Assembly (NCBI GenBank): GCA_963842525.1
Contig: CAWJGT010000006.1
Coordinates: forward strand, 193,913 to 257,912
Direction of reading: 5' to 3'
DNA length: 64,000 nt
DNA from: an uncultured Holophagales bacterium
GTDB lineage: Bacteria; Acidobacteriota; Thermoanaerobaculia; Multivoradales; UBA5704
Part shown: piece by piece, positions 35,320 to 44,699 of the stretch
Layout: the number at the start of each line of letters is the position of its first letter
Position numbering within the stretch: position 1 is the stretch's first letter
Notes under the pieces: model-generated
The model's database searches: none
Told to the model about the DNA's origin: nothing
Seen by the model: the letters and a program-made list of their open reading frames with translations, nothing else
Position numbers and translations under genes: made by a program

Positions 35320-36499
35320 GGCCGAGCCCACAGTTCCGCAGGAGACGGAGTACGGCGCGATGTTCGAACGCATGTCCAGCGCCGCGGGCAGGCAGGTCGA
35401 GTCGCTTTTCCGCGAAGTCGACGTGGCGGCCGGACTCCTTGCCGAGATGCTCGGAGCTTCCCGAGGCCGAGCGGCGGGCTCTTCTCGATCAGGGAGTCCG
35501 GTTCCGTTCCCTGAGGCTCTGCGATCTGCTCGTGGCGAGGAGCCGTGAGGTCTGGTTCCACGATCCGACCCAGGCCGTGTCGCTGGCAGAAGTCGCGGTC
35601 GCTGTGGCGGAGCGGCTGGACGAGGGGCACTACGGATTGACGTTAGCCGAGGATGCCCGGGCATCGGCCTGGGCTCACCTGGGCAATGCGCTGCGGATCG
35701 CCGCGGATCATCGCAGGGCCGAGGCGGCACTCGATAAGGCCGAGACCCACCTCCAGCGCAGCGGTGGCGAGGCCTACACCGAGGCGCTTGATTCTGAGCT
35801 TCCGGGCCTCGCTACGTAGTGCCCAGGGACCTTCATGAGGAAGCGGTCCGGTAGCTCGACGATGCGATCGCCATCTACCGCGAGGCGCGGGACCGCCATC
35901 TGGAAGGTCGTACGCTGATCAAGAAGGGGACCACGCTTGGCTATGCGGGCCAGTTCAAGGAGGCGGTCCGGCTGATCCGCCGTGGGCTGTCGAAAATCGA
36001 TCTCGTCCAAGAGCCGGGTCTGTTGGTGACGGCGCATCACAATCTCATTCTTTTCCTGACCGAGAGCGGCCAGCATCAGCAGGCGCGAGAGGATCTCGCC
36101 AGGACGCGGCAGCTCTACCGCGATCTGGGTGAGCGGATGAACCTGGTGCGGCTGCGCTGGCTGGAGGGCAAGATCGCCCGGGAGGAGGGGGCTCTGGAGG
36201 AGGCCGGAGCCGCTCTGCGGGAGGCGCGGGATGCGTTCCTCCAAGAAGGGATCGCGGTCGACGCCGCTCTGGTCTCTCTGGATCTGGCCGTCCTCTATGC
36301 CCGCCCAGGAGACACGGCGGCGATCCGGCAACTCGCCGTCGAGATGCTCCCCATCCTCCAAGCCGGCGGCGTCCATCCCGACGCCATGGCAGCCCTGCTC
36401 CTCTTTCAGCAGGCCGCCGAAGCGGACGAGGTCACCCTCGATCTCCTCGACCAGATCGCCGCCTCGGTCCGCCGTGTGCACGGCCGTCCGGGCCGGTGA
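35300..36499 (+). CDS. TPR-like protein, paralog of 8214-9554 (several frameshifts)
   Basis: RFRSLRLCDLL, RASAWAHLGNALR, AHHNLILFL, RLRWLEGKIA, ALVSLDLAVLY. Confidence 0.7.
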
Positions 36500-36540
36500 G
36501 CGGCCCTAGCGGCCTCGGCGTTCCGTCCCTGCGGCCGATC

Positions 36541-36559
36541 CCGGCAGCTCTGCTGCCGG
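36541..36559. terminator. Hairpin downstream of the TPR gene
   Basis: CCGGCAGC-TCT-GCTGCCGG; no clear U-tract. Confidence 0.3.
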
Positions 36560-36776
36560 CGCAGATAAGCTTATCCTCGCGGCATGCGCTTATCTGGAGC
36601 GGATACGGGTCACCCATGAGCATGCCGGGCGTTTCCGCTTTCCAGGATATCGCTCTCTGGAAACGCTGCGTCCGGCTCCGGCAGGTCTCGCCTAGATCCT
36701 TTATCGCTCTCCCTATCCAAAGAGGTGTGTCCCCTGTCTTCTGTAGTATTCAAGCCATCCGTAGGAGGGAACGTCC

Positions 36777-37877
36777 ATGCCCGCAAGTCCGTCTCAATCT
36801 TCGCGAGGGCTGCTCGCCGCAGGTCTCGCGCTGGCCGGTCTCCTGTTCGTCGTACCCCGCCACGCCTGGGCCCAGGGCTGAGTGGCGGCCCGCCTCGACA
36901 CGCCCGTGCTTGGCGTGCAAGACACCTATTCCGGACCGAACCGCTGGCAGGTCTCGACGAGCTGGCGCCATCAGCGCTCCCATCGCCATTTCGTGGGCTC
37001 CGAGGAGCAGCACGAGCGCGCGGAAGAGGCCAGCGAGGTCATCAACACGCTCGAGCTCTTCGAGATCGGGTTCCGCTACAACCCCAACGAGCTGTGGAGC
37101 CTCTCGCTCAACATCCCGTATCTGATGGCCGAGAGATCGAGCCCGATCCGCGACGCCAACCGCGTCGTGATCGACCGCAGCCTCACGCAGGCGCACTCCC
37201 TCAGCGACATCACGCTGACCGCGCGCCGTTTGCTCTGGAAGCCGCAGGAGCATCCGGACGGCAACGTCTCGTTCGGGCTGGGCTTCAAGCTCCCCACCGG
37301 CAACGACGACGTGTATGACACGCGGGAGAGGCTCGTCAACGGGCAGCGCGTCCAGAGCGTCGAGAGCGTCGACCAGTCGATCCAGCCGGGCGACGGCGGG
37401 TTCGGCGTGATCGTCGACCTCCAGGTCTTCCACCGCATCGGTCGCAGCAATGGCATGTTCTACGGCTCGGGGACCTACCTGATCAACCCGGAGAACACCA
37501 ACGGCGTGCCCACCTTCCGCAACAACCTGGGCGAGGAGGTGATGTCGATCGCCGACCAGTACGTGGCCCGGATAGGCGCTGCCTACTCCAGGGAGAGTTG
37601 GAAGGGGTTCGGAGCGAGCCTGGGCGGCCGCATCGAGGGGGTGGCGGTCGAGGACCTGATCGGCGAGAGCGACGGCTTCCGGCGTCCGGGGTATGCCATC
37701 TCGGCCGAGCCGGGCCTGAGCTACTCGCGGGGGGCGCACACCTGGTCGCTGGCGGTCCCGGTCGCTCTCTACCGCAACCGCCAGAGGAGCGTCGCCGACC
37801 GCCTGATCCCCGGGCGCCACGGCGACGCGGCGTTCGCCGACTACGTCGTCATGTTCGGGTACGGACAGAAATTCTGA
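36777..37877 (+). CDS. Outer-membrane beta-barrel (transporter-like) protein with an in-frame UGA; candidate selenoprotein
   Basis: RBS AGGAGG, ATG 36777, signal peptide ending AWA, then QG-UGA(36879-36881)-VAAR in frame with a 331-aa barrel ORF (GLGFKLPTG, DQSIQPGDGG, C-terminal F). Confidence 0.7.
36899..36917 (+). promoter_or_regulatory. Candidate bacterial SECIS hairpin
   Basis: Stem CACGCC/GGCGTG with loop CGTGCTT (G at loop position 2); loop begins 24 nt after UGA. Confidence 0.45.
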
Positions 37878-37884
37878 GAGAAAT

Positions 37885-37912
37885 TCCTCACCCCCTGGCC
37901 CGGGGGTGAGGG
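37885..37912. repeat. Short CCTCACCCCC...GGGGGTGAGG palindrome
   Basis: Minimal member of the same family, lying between convergent genes. Confidence 0.6.
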
Positions 37913-37953
37913 ACCCGGCCGTGCGCTAGGAATCGCACTCCACGCAGGGCGCT

Positions 37954-38871
37954 TCACGATTCTGACCGTCCGGCTCCCAGCGCTGCTGCGGCAGTGTCGT
38001 GCACCGGAGTCTCGACGCCGGCCCGGCGGCCGAGGCGGGAGACGGCTCCGCTGAGGTCGTCGATCTCCGTGGGCCCGCCTGATTCCAGGTCCAGGAGGAA
38101 GCTCGGCTTGATCCCTGGGGCCAGGGAGTCGACGAAGGCGAGGATCTTCGACTCGTCGTCGCTGGAGAGCGCCACGCCGAGGGAGCGGCCGACGGCGAGC
38201 ACCTCGTGGACTGCCCTTTCGATCAGGAGATACCCCAGCGGCGTGTCCCGGATCGGGCCGACGGACGAGCGGGAGAGGCCACAAGCGGCGGCCATGGAGG
38301 CGATGAAGGCGAGCTTCCGCCACAGGTCGGCGGTGATGTCGGTTGAAGCCCGGGCGTTCACGCCGGCCTCCCGAAAGGCGGCGGCGATGCGTTCCGCGCG
38401 CTCGGAGGTCCCGCCCCGCCTCTCGCCCACGACCACGCGCTGGAACGGGCTCCGGCGCTCGACGGCTCCCGGCGAGATCCGGGCGGCGCTGATCTCCGTC
38501 AAACCGCCGAGCACCCGTTCGTCCGGGACGCCGCCCGCGATCAGCCGATCGGCGGCCTCGACTCCGTTGAGCAGCGGCAGGATGACCGCGCCGTTATCGG
38601 CCAGGAGCCGCGCCGCCGGGACGATCTCCGGCAGCGAGTAGTTCTTGACGGCCACAACGGCGAGCTCGACCTCGCCCAACTCCTCCGGGCGGTCGCTCGC
38701 CTCGACGGCCACGGTGAATGTCTCCTCGGGTGTCCGGACCTCGAGGCCCCGCGAGCGGAGAGCATCGAGGTGATCCCCTCGGGCCAGCAGGGCCACGGCA
38801 TGACCGGCGCGTGCAAGGATGCCGCCGTAGTAACCGCCGACTCCGCCTGCTCCCAGGATCGCGATTTTCAT
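37954..38871 (-). CDS. panE: Ketopantoate reductase (2-dehydropantoate 2-reductase)
   Basis: MKIAILGAGGVGGYYG, AVKNY, LLNGV, LWRKL, SFLLDL...TEIDDLSG. Confidence 0.88.
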   Translation of the reverse strand: MKIAILGAGGVGGYYGGILARAGHAVALLARGDHLDALRSRGLEVRTPEETFTVAVEASDRPEELGEVELAVVAVKNYSLPEIVPAARLLADNGAVILPLLNGVEAADRLIAGGVPDERVLGGLTEISAARISPGAVERRSPFQRVVVGERRGGTSERAERIAAAFREAGVNARASTDITADLWRKLAFIASMAAACGLSRSSVGPIRDTPLGYLLIERAVHEVLAVGRSLGVALSSDDESKILAFVDSLAPGIKPSFLLDLESGGPTEIDDLSGAVSRLGRRAGVETPVHDTAAAALGAGRSES

Positions 38872-38976
38872 CTCCTTCTCCAGTGTACCTCGGCACGGCT
38901 TAAACAAAACGCACCGTTGCGGGTCTCATCGATCAGCCGCAACGAGGAGCACACTTGGCACAAAGCGAGGAGGCAG

Positions 38977-40899
38977 ATGGAGGCAGCGGAACGTCTGGCC
39001 AGGTCATCCCTGGATGACATCGTCGACATTCCCGGACATGTGTGCTTCGTCGAGGACCTCCTCGGCAGGTACGACCTCGACAGCAGCCGGAAAGACACCT
39101 GGACGGCCGCTCTGGGGAGGATCCGCACCCGGCAGACGGACCCGGACCTCTATCTCGCGGTCGTCGGCGAATTTACGAGCGGCAAGAGCTCTCTCGTCAA
39201 TGCGCTGATCCGGCAGGAGCTCCTGCCGACTGATGTCCTGCCGGCAACCACTGCCGCGGCAACGCTGGTGCGGTATGGCGACCAGCCCCGGCTGCGGGTG
39301 GACTATATCGACGGACGGCATGAGGAATTCCTGAATGGGCACGGACAGCCCAGCCAGAGCCTCGGCCCTCTTGTGCACCGGGTCACGGCTATCGAGGAGG
39401 TCGCGAGCACCGTCACCCACGTCACAGTGCACTATCCGGCTCCGGTGCTGCGCCAGGGCCTGGTGGTGGTGGATACGCCAGGCGCCAACGTCGAGAATCC
39501 CCGTCACGTGGAGCTCGCCGGATGGGTCCTCCGAGAGCTTTGCGATGCGGCGATCGTTGCAGTGCCCGCCAGTATCCCGGTCGCGGACACCCTGGCGGAT
39601 TTTCTGCGCGTCCATCTCCAGGACAGCCTGCACCGGTGCGTGTTCCTCGCCACCAAGATCGATTCGATTCCCGAGAGGGATCGCCCGCGGCTTCTGGAGA
39701 TGATAGCGAGCCGGCTCACCTCCAAGCTCGGAATCGAAAAACCCGTGGTGCTGCCGGCGAGCGCCATAGCGGCACTCGGGAAGCCACTGGCTGACGGCAC
39801 GGATTCTCGCACTCTGGGGCCGGCGGGCGAGGCCTATCGGGCGCTGCAGGCCCAATTCATGGAAACCGAGGAGACGATCGCCCGGACGCTCCAGGAACAG
39901 CGGACGCTGATCCTGCTCGAGCGCCTATCGTCCCTCGTCTCCACCGTCCTCGATGGCCTCAAGGCGGAGCTAGAGGCCGTGGAGCAACGCTACCAGGTGG
40001 ACCACGCGGCGCTCGAAGCGAACCGGATTCGCGAGCTCGCACCCTACATCGAACAGAGCAAGGCCCGGCATGGGAAATCGCTCGCGTTGCAACTCGATCC
40101 GCTGGTCATCAACGGGCGGGAGATGGTAGCCGCGTCGCGGAAGAGAATTCTGGAACAACTCAAGATAAGGATCGATAAGGCTGTCAGTCGGATAGGCCTC
40201 GAAAACGTCGTCAGCGAAGCGGCGTGGATGCTGGGTGAGGAGGCACGGGCGCTGCAGGAGAAACTCGGTACAGTTTTTTCAAGGATTCGAGAGGCAGCTC
40301 AGGAGGAGATTGACAGATTCGAGGCCAAGTTTCTGCGATTGCACCCATCTCTCCAGACGCTTGACGGGAGGATCATGCTCGATGGAGTCGAAGGAGGAAA
40401 GAGTCTTCCGAGAGATTTTTCTCCTGTGTTGGCCTTGGCCTTGACGCCCGTGATTGACTATATGCGTGAGGTGAGCTCGAAGATAAATTCCCGTACTTGG
40501 GTGGGCGCGCTCATTGGATGCCTTTTCTGTGGTGTCGGCGCCATTCCGGGAGCCATTATCGGCAACCGGTCCGGCCCCCCGCTCGAAGAGCTTCGGCGGA
40601 CATGCTGGGACAAGTCGCGTTCTGCAATGGATAACAACTTCTCTGCTCTCGGCTCTGCGATCGACCAGCAACTCAGGAAAGCGCAGGACGATGTCCGCCG
40701 GCAGTTGAGTCAGACCATCGATCGCTATTTTGACCAATACGACTCCCTGTTCCAGCGGATGGTCTCTACGGATCAGCAGAGGGCGCGAGAGCTGGATCTC
40801 TTGCGACGCAAAGTGCAGGACGACCTCTCCAGCCTCGAACAGCGCCGCCGGCGAATGCAGCAGGCACGCGCCGGCCTTCAGGGGCTTCACAAGTTGTAA
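38977..40899 (+). CDS. Bacterial dynamin-like GTPase 1
   Basis: RBS GAGGAGG; GEFTSGKSS, PATT, DTPG, TKID; coiled coils; Gly-rich hydrophobic hairpin WVGALIGCLFCGVGAIPGAIIG. Confidence 0.9.
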   Translation: MEAAERLARSSLDDIVDIPGHVCFVEDLLGRYDLDSSRKDTWTAALGRIRTRQTDPDLYLAVVGEFTSGKSSLVNALIRQELLPTDVLPATTAAATLVRYGDQPRLRVDYIDGRHEEFLNGHGQPSQSLGPLVHRVTAIEEVASTVTHVTVHYPAPVLRQGLVVVDTPGANVENPRHVELAGWVLRELCDAAIVAVPASIPVADTLADFLRVHLQDSLHRCVFLATKIDSIPERDRPRLLEMIASRLTSKLGIEKPVVLPASAIAALGKPLADGTDSRTLGPAGEAYRALQAQFMETEETIARTLQEQRTLILLERLSSLVSTVLDGLKAELEAVEQRYQVDHAALEANRIRELAPYIEQSKARHGKSLALQLDPLVINGREMVAASRKRILEQLKIRIDKAVSRIGLENVVSEAAWMLGEEARALQEKLGTVFSRIREAAQEEIDRFEAKFLRLHPSLQTLDGRIMLDGVEGGKSLPRDFSPVLALALTPVIDYMREVSSKINSRTWVGALIGCLFCGVGAIPGAIIGNRSGPPLEELRRTCWDKSRSAMDNNFSALGSAIDQQLRKAQDDVRRQLSQTIDRYFDQYDSLFQRMVSTDQQRARELDLLRRKVQDDLSSLEQRRRRMQQARAGLQGLHKL

Positions 40900-40979
40900 G
40901 GCTTAAACAAAACGCACCCTTGCGTGTCTCATCGATCAGCCGCAAAGAGGAGCCCACTTCGGTACAAAGCGAGGAGGAA

Positions 40980-42922
40980 ATGGAGACAGCGGAGCGTCTG
41001 GCCAGTTCATCCCTGGATGAGATCGTCGACATTCCCGGACATGTGTGCTTCGTCGAGGACCTCCTCGGCAGGTACGTCCTCGACAGCAGCCGGAAAGACA
41101 CCTGGACGGCCGCTCTGGAGAGGATCCGTGACCGTCAGACGGATCCGGACCTCTATCTCGCGGTCGTCGGCGAGTTCTCGAGCGGCAAGAGCTCTCTCGT
41201 CAATGCGCTGATCCGGCAGGAGCTCTGCCGACCGACGTCCTGCCGGCAACCACGGCTGCAGCCACGCTGGTGCGGTATGGCGACCATCCCCGGCTGCGAG
41301 TGGACTACACCGACGGACGGCATGAGGAATTCCTGAATGGGCACGGACGGCCCGGCCAGAGCCTCGGCCCTCTCGTGCAACGGTTCACGGCCGTCGAGGA
41401 GGTCGCGAGCACCGTGTCCCGCGTCACGGTGCACTATCCGGCGCCGGTGCTGCGCCAGGGTCTGGTGGTGGTGGACACGCCGGGCGCCAACGTCGAGAAC
41501 CCCCGTCACGTGGAGGTCGCCGGGTGGGTCCTCCGTGAACAGTGCGATGCGGCGATCGTCGCGGTTCCCGCCAGCTTCCCGGTCGCGGACACCTTGGCGG
41601 AGTTCCTGCGCATCCACTTCCAGGACAGCCTGCACCGGTGTGTGTTCCTGGCCACCAAGATCGACCTGATTTCCGCGGGAGAGCGCCCGCGGCTCCTGGA
41701 GACGATCGCGAGCCGGCTCACTTCCAAGCTCGGGATCGAGCGACCGGTGGTGCTGCCGGCGAGCGCCACGGCGGCGCTTGGGGTGCCGTTGCCGGACGGT
41801 ACGGGCCCCAGCACTCTCGGACCGGCGGGTGAGGCGTACCGGGCGCTTCGGGCCCAGTTCGTGGAGACCGAGGAGACGATCGCCCGGACGCTCCAGGAGC
41901 AGCGGGCCCTGATCCTTCTCGAGCGCCTCTCCTCCCTCGTCTCGACCGTTCTCGACGGCCTCAAGGCGGAGCTAGAGGACGTGGAGCAACGTTATCAGGC
42001 GGACCATGCGGCGCTCGAAGCGAACCGGATCCGCGAGCTCGCACCCTATATCAAGCAGAGCAAGGCCCGGCACGCGAAGTCGCTCGCGTTGCGGCTCGAT
42101 CCGGTGGCCATCCGGGGTCGGTCGATCGTTGCCAACGCGCGCGAGAAGGCCCACAAAAAGATCAAGAAGACGCTGGACGAGGCAACCGACAAGGCAGCGC
42201 TTCAGGCAGCCTCTACCCAGGGCGTGACGGAGCTGCTGGACGATCAGACGGACAAGATACAAAGCAAGCTGGGGAAGGTTCTTCGGGACATGGGGGAAAT
42301 CGCCCTGAACGAAATCCAGTCCTTCGAGGCTTCTTTCCTCCAGATCTATCAGTCACTGGCCACCTTGGGAGGAAGAATCGCCCTGGACGGTCAGACCGCG
42401 TCTCGTAAGCTGTCCGAGATTCCCAAAGAGCTTCTCGTTTCCGATGCGCTCGATGTGATCCGCAAAAGCGACGAGAAGGTGGACGGCATCATGAAAGGGT
42501 TTGCCTGGACCGGTGCTGCGATCGGGACCGCCATCTCGCCGATCATCGGGACCGCGATCGGCTTCCTCGCCGGAGCCTTCCTCGGTGCATTTTTCGAGCC
42601 CTCCATCGACGAGCTGCGCAATCGTTGTTGGCAGGCGTTGCGCCCCGACGTCGAGCAGAGATTCGAGAGGCTCGAGTCGGCCGTCGAGGAGAGGGTTGCC
42701 ACGGCGGAAGGGGCGATCCGGCAGCAGTTGAACGCTGTCATCGATCGCTATTTCGAGCAGTACGACGCCCTGGTCCGGCGGATGATTGCCGCGGACCAGA
42801 AGAAAGCGCGAGAGCTGGGCCGCCTGCGACGGAAGGTGCGCGATGACCTGGCCAGCCTCGAGCAGCGCAGCGAGCAGTTGCATCTCGCGCGCACCGGTCT
42901 CCAGAGACTTCACAAGCTGTAA
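40980..42922 (+). CDS. Bacterial dynamin-like GTPase 2 (1-bp frameshift at ~41226)
   Basis: GEFSSGKSS, DTPG, TKID; GAGCTCTG versus GAGCTCCTG in the paralog; glycine-zipper TM segment. Confidence 0.85.
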
Positions 42923-42932
42923 GGAGGACACC

Positions 42933-44699
42933 ATGGAGCATCTCACGTACGAGCCGCAGGCTACCCTCGCGGCTCCGCCGCCGGACGCGGAGCCGGCGCA
43001 TCTCGTGGAAGCGGTCCGCAAGCTCGTCGAAGATACGGGCTCGGAGGTCCTGCGCCGGGAATGGCGGCGCCTGGGTGCCCGCTCCCGCGAGCCACACTTC
43101 TCTGTCGCCGTGGTCGGTGAGTTCTCGCGCGGCAAGAGCACCCTCGTCAACCGGCTGCTCGGTGTGGACCTTCTGCCGGTCGGCCCTGTCCCCACCACCG
43201 CCCTGCTGACGCGCGTCGCATACGCCCCCGAAGCCTCGCTCGTCGGGATCCTGCCCGATGGCCGCCGCGAGGATCTCGGAACCGGCCCGGAGGCCTGGGA
43301 GAAGGCCGCCGCGGAGTCTCGTTGGGCGGCGCTGGAGGTCGCCGTCCCCAACCAGTGGCTCCGCGACAGCGGGCTCCAGCTCCTCGATACCCCCGGTGCC
43401 GGCGATCTCGGCGAGGAGCGGATGGAAGAGGTGATCGATGCAATTTCGGTTTGTGAGGCAACTGTGGTCGTCATCAGCGCGACGATGGCGCTCAGCCTCA
43501 CGGAACGATCTTTCCTGGAACAGCATATCCTCGCGCGCAGCGTGCCGCGCGTCCTTGCCGTGCTGACGCGCCTCGACGAGGTCCCGCCAGGCGAGCGGAC
43601 CCTGGTGATCAATCACGTCCGGGACCGGCTTGCCACCATTCATCCGGACATCGCCTTTGCCGTGTCCCATGCAGAGCCCGTGCTGCCGCCGGACAGCGGC
43701 GTCGAGATCGCCGGCCCGGCGGCGATTGCGGACAAGCTCCTGTCCTGGGCTGCCGGTCCGGAACGCCAGGACCGTGCGCGGCGGCAGCTCAACTCCAACC
43801 TCGCCCGCGTCCTCGCACTGGTCGAAGTGGATTTGGCGGCCCGCAGGGCGGCGGCCGGCCTTGCCGTGGAGGAGCGGCGTCGCAAGGCCGAAGCGGAACG
43901 GCAGGAGCTCGACCGGATGCGTCTCGACTGGGAAGACCTCCGCCTGGGGCTGCGGGCACGGAACGAGGCCCTCCTGGGTTGGGTGGAGGAGCAACTCGCC
44001 GCGGCGGAGCGCTCTGTTTCCGGGAGGTTGGGCCATGAGCTTCAACAAGCGCCAGACGCGCGGCTCTGGTGCCGTCAAGAGCTGCCCTTCCGGCTTCGGC
44101 AGGAGCTCGGAGCCGTGGCACGAGCCGTGGGAGAGTCGCTCCAGCACCAGATGACAGCCGATATGGGATGGCTGCGCCAGGAGGTGAAAGCGCGATTCGA
44201 GAGACGGCTCGACGCGGTCTGCGTCGAGCCGCTGCTCGGGTTTACGGAGGAGGTGGATCCCGAAACCGGGGATGCGCGTGACCTCGGTTCCCTGCGGCTG
44301 ATGACGCGCGTGGGAGCCGGTGTGGCCGGCATCCTGGCGTATGCCCTCTACGGCCCGCTCGGCATTGCGGCGGGCGTCGGCGCCGGCCTCGTCGGTGAAT
44401 ACCTGATCAATCGCCTTGATGAGACTCAGCGAGAGGCGCTGGTCCGCGTGCTCTCGATGGCGATCGACAAGGCATTCAAGCGCGGGCGGGACCTTGCGGT
44501 TGCGCGATTGAGGTCCGCCTACACGTCGATCCTTGCGGACGCGGTCCGCCAAGAGGAGATCTGGTACGAGGCCCGCCGGGAGGCGCTCGGGCGCAGCATG
44601 CCCTCCGAGGCCTCGGAGCCTGAGCACATCGAAGCGAGCTTTGCCGAGTTGCGCCGCTTCCAGAGCCTGCTGGCCAATGAACAGGAGGACCAACGATGA
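42933..44699 (+). CDS. Bacterial dynamin-like GTPase 3
   Basis: RBS AAGGAGG; GEFSRGKST, PTT, DTPG, TRLD; hydrophobic VGAGVAGILAYALYGPLGIAAGVGAGLVG. Confidence 0.9.
   Translation: MEHLTYEPQATLAAPPPDAEPAHLVEAVRKLVEDTGSEVLRREWRRLGARSREPHFSVAVVGEFSRGKSTLVNRLLGVDLLPVGPVPTTALLTRVAYAPEASLVGILPDGRREDLGTGPEAWEKAAAESRWAALEVAVPNQWLRDSGLQLLDTPGAGDLGEERMEEVIDAISVCEATVVVISATMALSLTERSFLEQHILARSVPRVLAVLTRLDEVPPGERTLVINHVRDRLATIHPDIAFAVSHAEPVLPPDSGVEIAGPAAIADKLLSWAAGPERQDRARRQLNSNLARVLALVEVDLAARRAAAGLAVEERRRKAEAERQELDRMRLDWEDLRLGLRARNEALLGWVEEQLAAAERSVSGRLGHELQQAPDARLWCRQELPFRLRQELGAVARAVGESLQHQMTADMGWLRQEVKARFERRLDAVCVEPLLGFTEEVDPETGDARDLGSLRLMTRVGAGVAGILAYALYGPLGIAAGVGAGLVGEYLINRLDETQREALVRVLSMAIDKAFKRGRDLAVARLRSAYTSILADAVRQEEIWYEARREALGRSMPSEASEPEHIEASFAELRRFQSLLANEQEDQR

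Larger units (their letters stand above)
38897..42922 (+). repeat. Tandem ~2-kb duplication (38897-40899 and 40900-42922) covering leader plus dynamin gene
   Basis: Both units start GGCTTAAACAAAACGCACC and end CACAAG-TGTAA; near-identical 5' halves and 3' ends, divergent middles. Confidence 0.9.

Noticed and set aside
36564-36575. GATAAGCTTATC palindrome as a regulator operator
   Set aside because: A single short palindrome about 200 bp from the next start codon; cannot be assigned from sequence alone
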